DNA of 18,747 nucleotides from a virus: UHGV virus genome UHGV-0070184; one strand, 5' to 3'. Shown piece by piece: positions 1 to 8,245 of this stretch (position 1 is its first letter; each line of letters starts with the position of its first letter). The notes under the pieces were generated by a model. It saw only the letters and a program-made list of their open reading frames with translations, ran no database searches and was not told where the DNA came from. The position numbers and the translations under genes were made by a program.

Positions 1-163
1 ATTTGAAAGACTGGTGTTTGTAGTACCAGTTGATAGCCAGCATCAGCACACCAATCATCAGGCCGCCCAGCGTTGAGGCATCCTTGATGGACAAATCGCC
101 CAGCCAGGCCAGCACGACGGCGATGCAATACGTGATAAAGGCGCTGATTCGCTCAAGCGTCAT
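1..163 (-). CDS. putative holin (P2 gpY position), 5' part only, truncated by window edge
   Basis: Minus-strand frame starting ATG at 161-163, 3 nt after the X stop, running off the window; my translation MTLERISAFITYCIAVVLAWLGDLSIKDASTLGGLMIGVLMLAINWYYKHQSFK has two hydrophobic helices. Placement after X matches P2 order X-Y. Confidence 0.5.
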   Translation of the reverse strand, partial: MTLERISAFITYCIAVVLAWLGDLSIKDASTLGGLMIGVLMLAINWYYKHQSFK

Positions 164-166
164 AAT

Positions 167-370
167 TCAGTCCCATAGCTGGACGGTCTGCACGGTGGTG
201 GTGGTCGGAATATCCGGCAGCTCCACCTGCAGCCCGTGAGGTAAAAAGGGGCCGTATTCGGCAAGCCCCGGATTTGCCTTCAGTACCTGCTCCGTGACAC
301 CCTGCGTGCGCCCGTAATGACGCCAGCAAAGTGCGTCCACCGTGTCATACTGATGCGCACGCACTTTCAT
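167..370 (-). CDS. X: tail protein X (P2 gpX-like), 67 aa
   Basis: 67-aa ORF of the same length and character as P2 gpX (recalled motif YGRTxGVxExVLxANPGLAExGxxLPHG..ELPD); ATG at 368-370 overlaps the L stop (ATGA). Confidence 0.85.
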   Translation of the reverse strand: MKVRAHQYDTVDALCWRHYGRTQGVTEQVLKANPGLAEYGPFLPHGLQVELPDIPTTTTVQTVQLWD

Positions 371-834
371 CAGATAAGCTCCACTGTGCAGTGCGGCGCA
401 TCCTGCACCCGGCTGATGGCCCAGCGGGCGTCACGCCATAAATCACCGCTTGCTTCCGCCAGTTCCTCGCCCCGCTTCGCACCGGATGCCGTGGCGTCAT
501 AGTCCTGGTAACGTTCGTTGAGCATGGCGCGTGCCCAGCAGTAAACCGCGTTGAAATAGTGCTGAACGCGCTCACTTTTGCCGTCCAGCTGTTCCGCCGG
601 AACCTCTGCCAGCGAGGCATACCCCAGCATCTGCTGGCATCTGCGAAACTCATACAGCTCTGCGTTGACCTCCGAAATTGCCGACAGCGCAACCTGCTTT
701 AAACGCGGCTGCGTCACCGTACCGTCAGTGCGCATCACATTGCGGAACTCCGACAGGTCCACATCAGGCCAGAACGGCGTATTCCTGATGATTTCCGCCT
801 GTTCCGGTGCCTGTTCTGGCGCAACAAACTTCAT
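370..834 (-). CDS. L: capsid completion protein (P2 gpL-like)
   Basis: ORF 370..897 with internal ATG at 832-834 preceded by AGGAGA about 8 nt upstream; product MKFVAPEQAPEQAEIIRNTPFWPDVDLSEFRN... recalled as gpL family. Start chosen by RBS, 5' end uncertain. Confidence 0.8.
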   Translation of the reverse strand: MKFVAPEQAPEQAEIIRNTPFWPDVDLSEFRNVMRTDGTVTQPRLKQVALSAISEVNAELYEFRRCQQMLGYASLAEVPAEQLDGKSERVQHYFNAVYCWARAMLNERYQDYDATASGAKRGEELAEASGDLWRDARWAISRVQDAPHCTVELI

Positions 835-929
835 GCTGCTTTCTCCTGAGATAGAGGGCGGTGGACGGGGTTTTGATGTGGCAGTGCCTTTCGCCACCCC
901 GTGCCGCCCGTGCGCGGGGGCACGTTCTG

Positions 930-1580
930 TCAGCGGCTGTCATTGCGCAGTCTGCGCTCCAGCTGCTGTTTGTCTTTTTTCACGCCACAGCGGGGATCGA
1001 GCTGTAACGCATGGTTGAGATGATTAAGGGCGGAAGCCGGATTACTTTCACTCAGGACAGCGCCAATCGCTTTATGCAGACGCGCCCGTGACTGGTCCGG
1101 CATGTCCAGACCGTCTGTCAGCTCCAGCGTCTGCAGCAACAGATCGACATCAAAGCCGGTAGTGGCAAGCATTGCGCTCTGTGCCGCGTCTGCCATTTCC
1201 TCTGCCAGCACGGTTTGCACATTGCGGTTACCCAGCGGCATCACCCAGCCATGACGCAGGGCATGACGCCCGATCTCCAGCGCCCCGGCATAATCTCCGG
1301 CATCAATGCGCCACAGCATCACGTACATCAGCACGTCATCCTGTTGAGCGCCTCCGGCAGCCAGAACACCCTCTGCCCAGGCGGCGTATTTCGGCAGCAG
1401 CTCCACCTTGATTTCCGCTTTTTTGACCGTGGACTGAACGCCCTTGAGACGGCGGCGATCTTCCGCCAGTTGCAGCAGCATCAGGTCATAGCCCGACGCG
1501 TGGCGAACGCTGCCGCCCTCACGGGCGGCCTGTTCAGCCTGAACGCGCAGGCGATGCTGCCGTGCGGGACTCAGGCTCAT
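930..1580 (-). CDS. M: terminase small (endonuclease) subunit, P2 gpM-like
   Basis: 216-aa ORF between L and N, ATG at 1578-1580 immediately after the N stop; position and recalled similarity to P2 M. Confidence 0.8.
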   Translation of the reverse strand: MSLSPARQHRLRVQAEQAAREGGSVRHASGYDLMLLQLAEDRRRLKGVQSTVKKAEIKVELLPKYAAWAEGVLAAGGAQQDDVLMYVMLWRIDAGDYAGALEIGRHALRHGWVMPLGNRNVQTVLAEEMADAAQSAMLATTGFDVDLLLQTLELTDGLDMPDQSRARLHKAIGAVLSESNPASALNHLNHALQLDPRCGVKKDKQQLERRLRNDSR

Positions 1581-1583
1581 GAA

Positions 1584-2642
1584 TTACGCTCCGGTTTCTG
1601 CTGCGGCGGCGCTAAAATCGCCAATCTGGATGTTTTCCACCAGTGCAGCGCAGCGGTAGTCCTCAACCACATAGGCTTCGTTAACGGATTCAAAGTTTTC
1701 AATCCGGTCACGTTTCGGGTTGTCGATAACTGAACGGCGGCGGGTATCTTCCTGCCAGTAGATGGACAGGTTATCCAGACGGGTGATCAGCAGCGCATTC
1801 GGCGGGAAGAACGGCGCACGCACGGCCTGCAGGCCACCCATGCGTTTCTGACTGATGATCATATCGGCAGCCAGTTTTTCACTGTTTTCCTGCTCTTTGT
1901 TGACCAGCGGGAAATACTTGTCAGACAGCAGTTCACGCCCGCAAATCACCACCAGATCGTCATCGTCCTGGTAGACCACGTCGATAAGCTCATTGACGGC
2001 ATCCATCACCACGGCGTCCAGGTTGGCATATTCGCCCCCTTTCCCGACTTTCACCGCACCCGGTGTGGTTTCACCGCCCGTGGTGGTGCTGCCCATGACG
2101 TGATCCGGTGCATCCTCACGGATTTTCTGCAGCCAGCCTTTGTTCACATCCTGCAGCAGCGGGTTTTCGCTACGGTTGGAAGTTTTCGCACGCTTCACGC
2201 CGTTAAAGCCGATCATGATGCGGTCCAGTGCCTGACGTTTCACGATGGCGTTACGGATACGCACCTGGAAATCCTGAAACTTCGCCCACAGGTCCAGCTT
2301 CGCGTAGGTCAGCACCGTGTCAAAGTTGGTCTGTTCGCATTTGTATTCCACATCGACCATCAGCGTCGGATCGACAGGCTCACGCTCTTTCGCGGTGGTA
2401 TCAGTGGTTCCGGCAATGGTGCTGCCAACACCCAGCCCCAGCAACTGACCAGACTGCTCAGTCACTGGCGTGACGTTAATCAGCGTCAGGAAAGAGGCGG
2501 ACTGCTGGATCTGGTCTTCCAGCGTCTGCTGCACGGACGGCTCTACGGTGAACTTGCTGGACAGTTCTTCAACTGCCACACCGTTCAGACGCGCCAGCTG
2601 CTGCAGGTAAGCGTTAAAAGCAAAGCGGGTATTCTTCTTCAT
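1584..2642 (-). CDS. N: major capsid protein (P2 gpN family), 352 aa
   Basis: Recalled P2 gpN hallmarks across the length (RFxFNAYL..., TLDLWA.FQDFQ.RIRNAI.KRQ, GKGG.YA.LDA.VMDA.N.LI, ...MLAAD.IISQKR). Confidence 0.9.
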   Translation of the reverse strand: MKKNTRFAFNAYLQQLARLNGVAVEELSSKFTVEPSVQQTLEDQIQQSASFLTLINVTPVTEQSGQLLGLGVGSTIAGTTDTTAKEREPVDPTLMVDVEYKCEQTNFDTVLTYAKLDLWAKFQDFQVRIRNAIVKRQALDRIMIGFNGVKRAKTSNRSENPLLQDVNKGWLQKIREDAPDHVMGSTTTGGETTPGAVKVGKGGEYANLDAVVMDAVNELIDVVYQDDDDLVVICGRELLSDKYFPLVNKEQENSEKLAADMIISQKRMGGLQAVRAPFFPPNALLITRLDNLSIYWQEDTRRRSVIDNPKRDRIENFESVNEAYVVEDYRCAALVENIQIGDFSAAAAETGA

Positions 2643-2658
2643 CGGGTTTTGTGCTCCA

Positions 2659-3492
2659 TCAGCAATTGGTCAGAGTGTCAGCGGGGGCGTTACCGCCTGT
2701 TGCACGCTGGCGGTAGTCCTGGCGGCTGTCTTCATGACTCAGCTTATTCACCAGTTCGTTAAAGGCGGTCTGCTGTGCCTGCAGGGCAGTCTCCAGCTCA
2801 GACTGACGTTCTTCCTGCTCAGACAGGGATTTTTCGGTGCGTGCGCTCAGGTTTTGCTGCTCAGTGGCGACCAGCTCCACGGCCTTATGCACATCAGAGA
2901 ACCGGGCATCGTCGGACTGCTCTTTTTTGGTAAACAGCGCCGTGACACGGGCAAACAGGGACGGTTTGTCCTCCTGGATTTCTTCCAGTTCGATCACCGT
3001 TTCCTCTGCGGCGGTAAAGAGATTGGCGGGATTCTGCTTGCGGTTTGCCAGCGGGTTATGGGCTGCACTGGCGCTGAATGTCAGCATTTCCGTACCCAAA
3101 CTGGCAGGGTCATCAGTGGCAGCCAGGCCGACCAGGTAGGCTTTGCCCGTATCAGCGAACTTCGGGCTGACTTCCATAGAGGTGAATAATTTCTGGCCTT
3201 TTTTCACCAGTTCCACCAGGGACTCCGTTGGCTCAACGTCGGCATACAGCGCCATCTTGCCTGCCAGCGGGCCTTCCGTGATTTCTTCAGCAAACAGCGC
3301 CGTCACCTTGCCGTAACGGTTAAAGGTGCTGTCCGGGAGATAAGACTTGATGTGCTCAAGGTTAATCAGCGCGGTATACACCGCCGGGTTGTAGCTGGCT
3401 GCCATCTGTTCCAGCCATTCACGCTGGATTTCGCGTCCGTCGGTGGTGGCACCTTCCACCCCGATGCGAAAACGCTTTGCTTTCACTGTCAT
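2659..3492 (-). CDS. O: capsid scaffolding protein (P2 gpO family), 277 aa
   Basis: N-terminus ..FRIGVEG.T.DGR.I... INLEH recalled from P2 gpO; sits upstream of N and divergent from P. Confidence 0.9.
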   Translation of the reverse strand: MTVKAKRFRIGVEGATTDGREIQREWLEQMAASYNPAVYTALINLEHIKSYLPDSTFNRYGKVTALFAEEITEGPLAGKMALYADVEPTESLVELVKKGQKLFTSMEVSPKFADTGKAYLVGLAATDDPASLGTEMLTFSASAAHNPLANRKQNPANLFTAAEETVIELEEIQEDKPSLFARVTALFTKKEQSDDARFSDVHKAVELVATEQQNLSARTEKSLSEQEERQSELETALQAQQTAFNELVNKLSHEDSRQDYRQRATGGNAPADTLTNC

Positions 3493-3570
3493 GAGCCGTG
3501 CTCCGTTAGAAATAACTTACTGGAGCCTTATGGTTGCGGTGATGGGGGTAGTGAAACAATGCGCGGTATT

Positions 3571-3588
3571 TGTACCGACAACCACACA
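3571..3588. promoter_or_regulatory. late-promoter activator site (Ogr/B-type TGT-N12-ACA) in the divergent O / P intergenic region
   Basis: TGTaccgacaaccacACA at 3571-3588, centred about 87 bp upstream of the O ATG and about 55 bp upstream of the P ATG; P2/186 late promoters are known to carry TGT-N12-ACA activator sites near -55. Confidence 0.5.
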
Positions 3589-3634
3589 AACCGCAGGCGG
3601 GGAAAGCCTTCATTCAAGGCTGTAGGTTTGTGCC

Positions 3635-5401
3635 ATGAACACCACACTGACACCCGCAGATCTCGATCCCCGTCGGCAGGCCATGCTGCTGTACTTTCAG
3701 GGATACCGCGTAGCCCGCATTGCTGAAATGCTGGGCGAGAAAGTTGCAACCGTTCACAGCTGGAAAAAACGCGACAAGTGGGGTGACTATGGGCCGCTGG
3801 ATCAGATGCAGCTCACCACCGCCGCACGCTACTGCCAGCTCATTATGAAGGAGCACAAAGAAGGGAAAGATTTCAAAGAGATTGACCTGCTGGCGCGCCA
3901 GTCGGAACGCCACGCGCGGATCGGCAAGTTTAACAATGGCGGTAACGAAGCCGACTTAAACCCTAACGTCGCCAACCGCAACAAAGGCCCACGCCGTCAG
4001 CCGGAAAAGAACGTTTTCACCGATGAACAAATTGAGAAGCTGGAAGAAATTTTCCATTCCTCCATGTTCAACTACCAGCGCCACTGGTGGGAAGCCGGAA
4101 AAACCAACCGCATCCGCAACCTGCTGAAGTCACGCCAGATCGGCGCGACCTTTTACTTTGCCCGTGAAGCCCTGATTGACGCCCTGCTTACCGGACGTAA
4201 CCAGATTTTCCTTTCCGCCAGTAAGGCACAGGCCCACGTCTTTAAACAGTACATCATCGACTTCGCCAAAGAAGTGGAGGTGGAGCTGAAAGGCGATCCG
4301 ATGGTGCTTCCCAACGGGGCCACTCTTTACTTCCTCGGCACCAATGCCCGCACGGCCCAGAGTTACCACGGCAACCTGTATCTGGATGAATACTTCTGGA
4401 TACCGAAATTCCAGGAGCTGCGCAAAGTGGCTTCCGGTATGGCTATTCACAAAAAATGGCGACAAACTTATTTTTCCACGCCATCAAGCCTTACCCACAG
4501 TGCTTATCCGTTCTGGTCCGGTGCGCTGTTCAACCGTGGCCGCAACAAAGCCGACAAGGTGGACATTGACCTGTCACACAGCAATCTGGCCCCCGGCCTG
4601 CTGTGCGCAGACGGGCAATACCGCCAGATAGTCACCGTGGAAGATGCGGTGCGCGGCGGCTGTAACCTGTTCGACCTTGACCAGTTGCGCATGGAGTACA
4701 GCCCGGACGAATACCAGAACCTGCTGATGTGCGAGTTTGTGGACGATCTCGCATCCGTGTTTCCGCTCAGCGAGCTGCAGGCGTGCATGGTGGACAGTTG
4801 GGAAGTCTGGACCGACTTTCATGCACTGGCCCTGCGCCCGTTTGGCTGGCGCGAAGTGTGGATCGGTTATGACCCGGCAAAAGGTACGCAGAACGGCGAC
4901 AGCGCCGGATGCGTGGTGGTGGCACCGCCAGCCGTGCCGGGCGGTAAGTTCCGCATTCTTGAGCGTCACCAGTGGCGCGGGATGGACTTCCGCGCCCAGG
5001 CTGACGCCATCAAAAAACTGACCGAACAGTACAACGTGACATACATCGGTATCGACTCAACCGGCGTTGGTCACGGGGTTTACGAGAACGTGAAAGCGTT
5101 TTTTCCTGCCGTCCGGGAGTTTGTCTACAACCCCAACGTTAAAAACGCCTTGGTACTCAAGGCCTACGACATTATCAGCCACCGCCGTCTGGAGTTTGAC
5201 GCCGGACACACCGACATAGCGCAGTCCTTTATGGCAATCCGTCGCGCCACCACCGCCAGTGGCAACCGCCCGACCTATGAAGCCAGCCGCAGCGAAGAAG
5301 CCAGCCACGCCGATCTGGCCTGGGCAACGATGCACGCACTGTTTAACGAACCGCTGCAGGGCGAATCCGCCAATACCAGCAATATTGTGGAGATTTTTTG
5401 A
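3635..5401 (+). CDS. P: terminase large (ATPase) subunit, P2 gpP family, 588 aa
   Basis: 588-aa ORF divergent from O; size, position and recalled similarity to P2 gpP; stop TGA 5399-5401 overlaps the Q ATG. Confidence 0.9.
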   Translation: MNTTLTPADLDPRRQAMLLYFQGYRVARIAEMLGEKVATVHSWKKRDKWGDYGPLDQMQLTTAARYCQLIMKEHKEGKDFKEIDLLARQSERHARIGKFNNGGNEADLNPNVANRNKGPRRQPEKNVFTDEQIEKLEEIFHSSMFNYQRHWWEAGKTNRIRNLLKSRQIGATFYFAREALIDALLTGRNQIFLSASKAQAHVFKQYIIDFAKEVEVELKGDPMVLPNGATLYFLGTNARTAQSYHGNLYLDEYFWIPKFQELRKVASGMAIHKKWRQTYFSTPSSLTHSAYPFWSGALFNRGRNKADKVDIDLSHSNLAPGLLCADGQYRQIVTVEDAVRGGCNLFDLDQLRMEYSPDEYQNLLMCEFVDDLASVFPLSELQACMVDSWEVWTDFHALALRPFGWREVWIGYDPAKGTQNGDSAGCVVVAPPAVPGGKFRILERHQWRGMDFRAQADAIKKLTEQYNVTYIGIDSTGVGHGVYENVKAFFPAVREFVYNPNVKNALVLKAYDIISHRRLEFDAGHTDIAQSFMAIRRATTASGNRPTYEASRSEEASHADLAWATMHALFNEPLQGESANTSNIVEIF

Positions 5402-6435
5402 TGGGAAAGAGTAAGAAGAACCGCGCTGCGGCGACGAAACAGATTCAGCATAAAAGCCAGACTTCAGCCGAAGCATTCAGCTTTGGCGATCCCGTTCCTG
5501 TTCTGGACCGCCGCGAACTGCTGGACTATGTGGAATGCGTACAGACAGATCGCTGGTATGAGCCGCCAGTGAGTTTTGACGGACTGGCGCGAACCTTCCG
5601 CGCTGCCGTGCATCACAGTTCACCAATTGCGGTGAAATGCAACATTCTGACCAGTACCTACATCCCTCACCCGCTTCTCAGCCAGCAGGCTTTTTCACGT
5701 TTTGTGCAGGACTATCTGGTATTTGGTAACGCCTACCTGGAGAAACGCACGAACCGGTTCGGTGAAGTTATCGCCCTTGATCCTGCCCTGGCGAAATACA
5801 CACGACGTGGGTTAGACCTGGATACCTACTGGTTTGTGCAATACGGTATGACAACCCAGCCGTATCAGTTCACGAAAGGCAGCATCTTTCATCTGATGGA
5901 ACCGGACATCAACCAAGAGATCTACGGCCTGCCCGGTTATCTTTCTGCCATTCCGTCAGCCCTGCTCAACGAATCCGCCACGCTGTTCCGTCGAAAGTAT
6001 TACATTAACGGTAGTCATGCAGGCTTCATCATGTACATGACTGATGCCGCGCAGAACCAGGAGGATGTGAACAACCTCCGCAACGCGATGAAAAGCGCCA
6101 AAGGTCCAGGCAACTTCCGCAACCTGTTTATGTACTCGCCTAACGGCAAAAAGGACGGACTTCAGATTATCCCGTTATCAGAAGTCGCAGCGAAGGATGA
6201 GTTTTTGAATATCAAAAATGTCAGCCGCGACGACATGATGGCTGCGCATCGTGTTCCGCCACAGATGATGGGGATTATGCCGAATAATGTTGGGGGTTTT
6301 GGGGATGTGGAGAAGGCCAGCCGCGTGTTTGTTCGTAATGAATTAATGCCATTACAGAAGCAAATGGAAGAACTAAACGACTGGCTTGGCGAGAGAGTTA
6401 TTATTTTTGATAAGTATTACCTAGCAGGGTCATAA
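5401..6435 (+). CDS. Q: portal protein (P2 gpQ family), 344 aa
   Basis: ATG at 5401 (the track start at 5398 is TTG); 344 aa is the P2 Q length; translationally coupled to P. Confidence 0.9.
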   Translation: MGKSKKNRAAATKQIQHKSQTSAEAFSFGDPVPVLDRRELLDYVECVQTDRWYEPPVSFDGLARTFRAAVHHSSPIAVKCNILTSTYIPHPLLSQQAFSRFVQDYLVFGNAYLEKRTNRFGEVIALDPALAKYTRRGLDLDTYWFVQYGMTTQPYQFTKGSIFHLMEPDINQEIYGLPGYLSAIPSALLNESATLFRRKYYINGSHAGFIMYMTDAAQNQEDVNNLRNAMKSAKGPGNFRNLFMYSPNGKKDGLQIIPLSEVAAKDEFLNIKNVSRDDMMAAHRVPPQMMGIMPNNVGGFGDVEKASRVFVRNELMPLQKQMEELNDWLGERVIIFDKYYLAGS

Positions 6436-6444
6436 TGAAATTAT

Positions 6445-6477
6445 ACAGAACCGTCAAATGACGGTTCTGTCGTTTTT
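6445..6477 (+). terminator. rho-independent terminator after Q
   Basis: Perfect 10-bp stem acagaaccgt (6445-6454) / acggttctgt (6461-6470), 6-nt loop, then cgttttt; the stop of the convergent ATPase gene lies in the T-tract. Confidence 0.65.
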
Positions 6478-7759
6478 AATGATCACGCCATTTTAGGTAA
6501 AACGCAAAAAATGGATCGGTAATATGTAGTTTTTGTTCTTCTCTCTCCCAATCTATAACCGGTGTTGAAGCCTCTTCACTAGATGCGATCTCGCTCATTT
6601 TTTCAAGAACTCGTGTAACCTCATTAGCCTGAGGAGGTGTTTCTGCGACTATTTCTCTAATAGCAGTACGTAACTCTTCATACTGAATAGTTTGCATTCC
6701 TGGTTTCATGTTAGAGAGTGCATATAAAACAACTTTATAAATATCAACTCTCTCGCCATTCTTTAATAAACGAGGCAACCTATCGGAACGTTGGCGAGGG
6801 CCAGTTGCTAATTTATCGAATACCACTTTCCCTGTTGACTCAGCTACATTTCTAAACAGTGAGTCATCAATAGAAGATATTGTCACTGTCTGCTCAGATG
6901 TTTCTTTTATTGAATGAGCAGCACACAAACTTTTGCAAAATTCTTGCATTAAATGTGGGCTACCTAAAGCTTCAGATGCAAGCAAGTCTATAACATCTTG
7001 AGATACAGATATATTTAAAAGAGGAAAACCCGATGATGCAATCTGTTTTAATTCATCTTCTGACCAATATGGCATCATTATATTTTCTAATCTTCCAGTA
7101 ATCTCCCTCTCAACTTTTATCGCATCGTATCTTCTATGTGGAATAGCAATTAATATTACAGGTACACCATGAAACACTAAAGGCTTTACTGCTCTTACAA
7201 AGCTGCCCTGCATTTCTCTATCTAAGTAATGAAAGTCATCAATAATAAGGCTAGCCTGACTATCTGCTAAGGCTTTAATCGCCGCATTTTTTGGGGTAAT
7301 CGTTCTTGCATTTTTTTTACCTTTAGAAGACCCATCGGTCTGCGAAAGCCCTGCCTCTCCTCCTCCTTTTACAACAAGGGCACTACCAGATGCATGAACC
7401 TTGCCTGAGATATTAGTTGATGAGGAATCAGAAACGTTGACCTCCTCATTAGTGTAAATATCTAATTTGTCTAAAACTTGCTCCCAAATATCATTTTCGA
7501 CAGCAATACCGCCACCATCAATCCATATGACGTTCGGATCAGTAAAGGGAAACACCATTTGTGTAAGTACAGTCTTTCCGGATTTGGTTTGTCCCGTCAA
7601 GGTAACCAACTTACACAAATTATCTTTTGCACTCTCAAGTCTTTCTTTTATCTCGCCCCCAGTCCGTTCAACATAAGTTAACTTTGGCATACCTCCGGGA
7701 ACGAATACTTGAGAAACCCTTTGCTTTTGCATCATCATTCCTTCTAAACCAACTAACAT
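6476..7759 (-). CDS. P-loop ATPase, ORC/Cdc6-like AAA+ fold (cargo gene between Q and cos); function unknown
   Basis: 427-aa ORF with Walker A GQTKSGKT preceded by an ...TYVERTGGEIKERL... element, Walker B-like LIIDDFHYLD, and an alpha-helical C-terminal region; visibly AT-richer than the flanking phage genes. True start may be the MMM cluster (ATG at 7732-7738), which has AAGGA just upstream. Confidence 0.7.
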   Translation of the reverse strand: MLVGLEGMMMQKQRVSQVFVPGGMPKLTYVERTGGEIKERLESAKDNLCKLVTLTGQTKSGKTVLTQMVFPFTDPNVIWIDGGGIAVENDIWEQVLDKLDIYTNEEVNVSDSSSTNISGKVHASGSALVVKGGGEAGLSQTDGSSKGKKNARTITPKNAAIKALADSQASLIIDDFHYLDREMQGSFVRAVKPLVFHGVPVILIAIPHRRYDAIKVEREITGRLENIMMPYWSEDELKQIASSGFPLLNISVSQDVIDLLASEALGSPHLMQEFCKSLCAAHSIKETSEQTVTISSIDDSLFRNVAESTGKVVFDKLATGPRQRSDRLPRLLKNGERVDIYKVVLYALSNMKPGMQTIQYEELRTAIREIVAETPPQANEVTRVLEKMSEIASSEEASTPVIDWEREEQKLHITDPFFAFYLKWRDH

Positions 7760-7847
7760 TTTTTGATGATAACATTAGGGTTTTGTTCCTTACAACATGC
7801 TCAAATGTTTACAAGATACAATAAGTTAGTTCTATGGCCCACGCGCG

Positions 7848-7866
7848 CTCGTATCCCCGCCACGCC
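7848..7866 (-). other. cos-like cohesive-end sequence (P2/186 type)
   Basis: Reverse complement of 7848-7866 is GGCGTGGCGGGGATACGAG; the first 13 nt match the P2/186 cohesive-end core as I recall it (GGCG[A/T]GGCGGGGA). Orientation relative to Q is as expected for P2. GC-rich block between AT-rich flanks. Confidence 0.5.
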
Positions 7867-8245
7867 TGCCCGCTTTATGCAGTGGTTTTCATGCACATGC
7901 ATGACATGAGCAAAAGCCCGCCAGTTCTGGCGGATCTGAGCAAAGACGATCCTCAATCGATCATGCGATTTCATGCAGCATAGTCATGCACTGTCAAGGA
8001 AGTGAAAATCCGTATCTGAATGGCCACTTGAAAAACGGATCATACGGGTTTACAAAGACGAATGTTCGCTGTGAACGGGAAGCGGAAGTTAGCTTTCAGA
8101 TAACATAATCCATATGCACGAGAACCTCTAAAATAGAATGGGACACCTAAGCGGCGTACTTACAACGATTCTTTCCATATTCACAGTTAACACTCTGTTT
8201 GGCGTATTTTTATTCAAATAGCAAACACCAATAAAAGGAGTTTCC

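Noticed and set aside
30-3189. Plus-strand ORFs of 60-220 aa (30..239, 317..502, 578..1018, 1172..1411, 1215..1733, 2100..2762, 2228..2473, 2734..3189, 2837..3139) antisense to X, L, M, N, O
   Set aside because: They lie entirely inside strongly supported minus-strand late genes in GC-rich sequence, have no RBS and low-complexity translations; typical shadow ORFs.
3352-5476. ORFs overlapping or antisense to O and P (3352..3726, 3443..3625, 3528..3749, 3614..3913, 4130..4465, 4344..4631, 4504..4788, 4574..4969, 4737..5021, 5057..5476)
   Set aside because: They overlap the terminase and scaffold genes or the late promoter region; translations are Arg/Cys/Pro-rich and not protein-like.
6476-7759. 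Possibility that the 427-aa ATPase is a P2 Old homologue
   Set aside because: Old is larger and is an ABC-type ATPase with a TOPRIM nuclease domain; this protein shows an ORC/Cdc6-like Walker A context and no nuclease motif I can recognise, so I call it only a generic AAA+/STAND-like ATPase.
7467-7824. Three plus-strand ORFs (7467..7676, 7478..7681, 7627..7824) antisense to the ATPase gene
   Set aside because: Embedded in the ATPase coding region with no start signals; AT-rich sequence generates such frames by chance.
8138-8221. 27-codon hydrophobic ORF (MGHLSGVLTTILSIFTVNTLFGVFLFK, my own translation) just upstream of the acidic-protein gene
   Set aside because: No Shine-Dalgarno, lies where the promoter of the downstream gene is expected, and T-rich DNA yields hydrophobic frames by chance; kept only as a remote small-peptide possibility.
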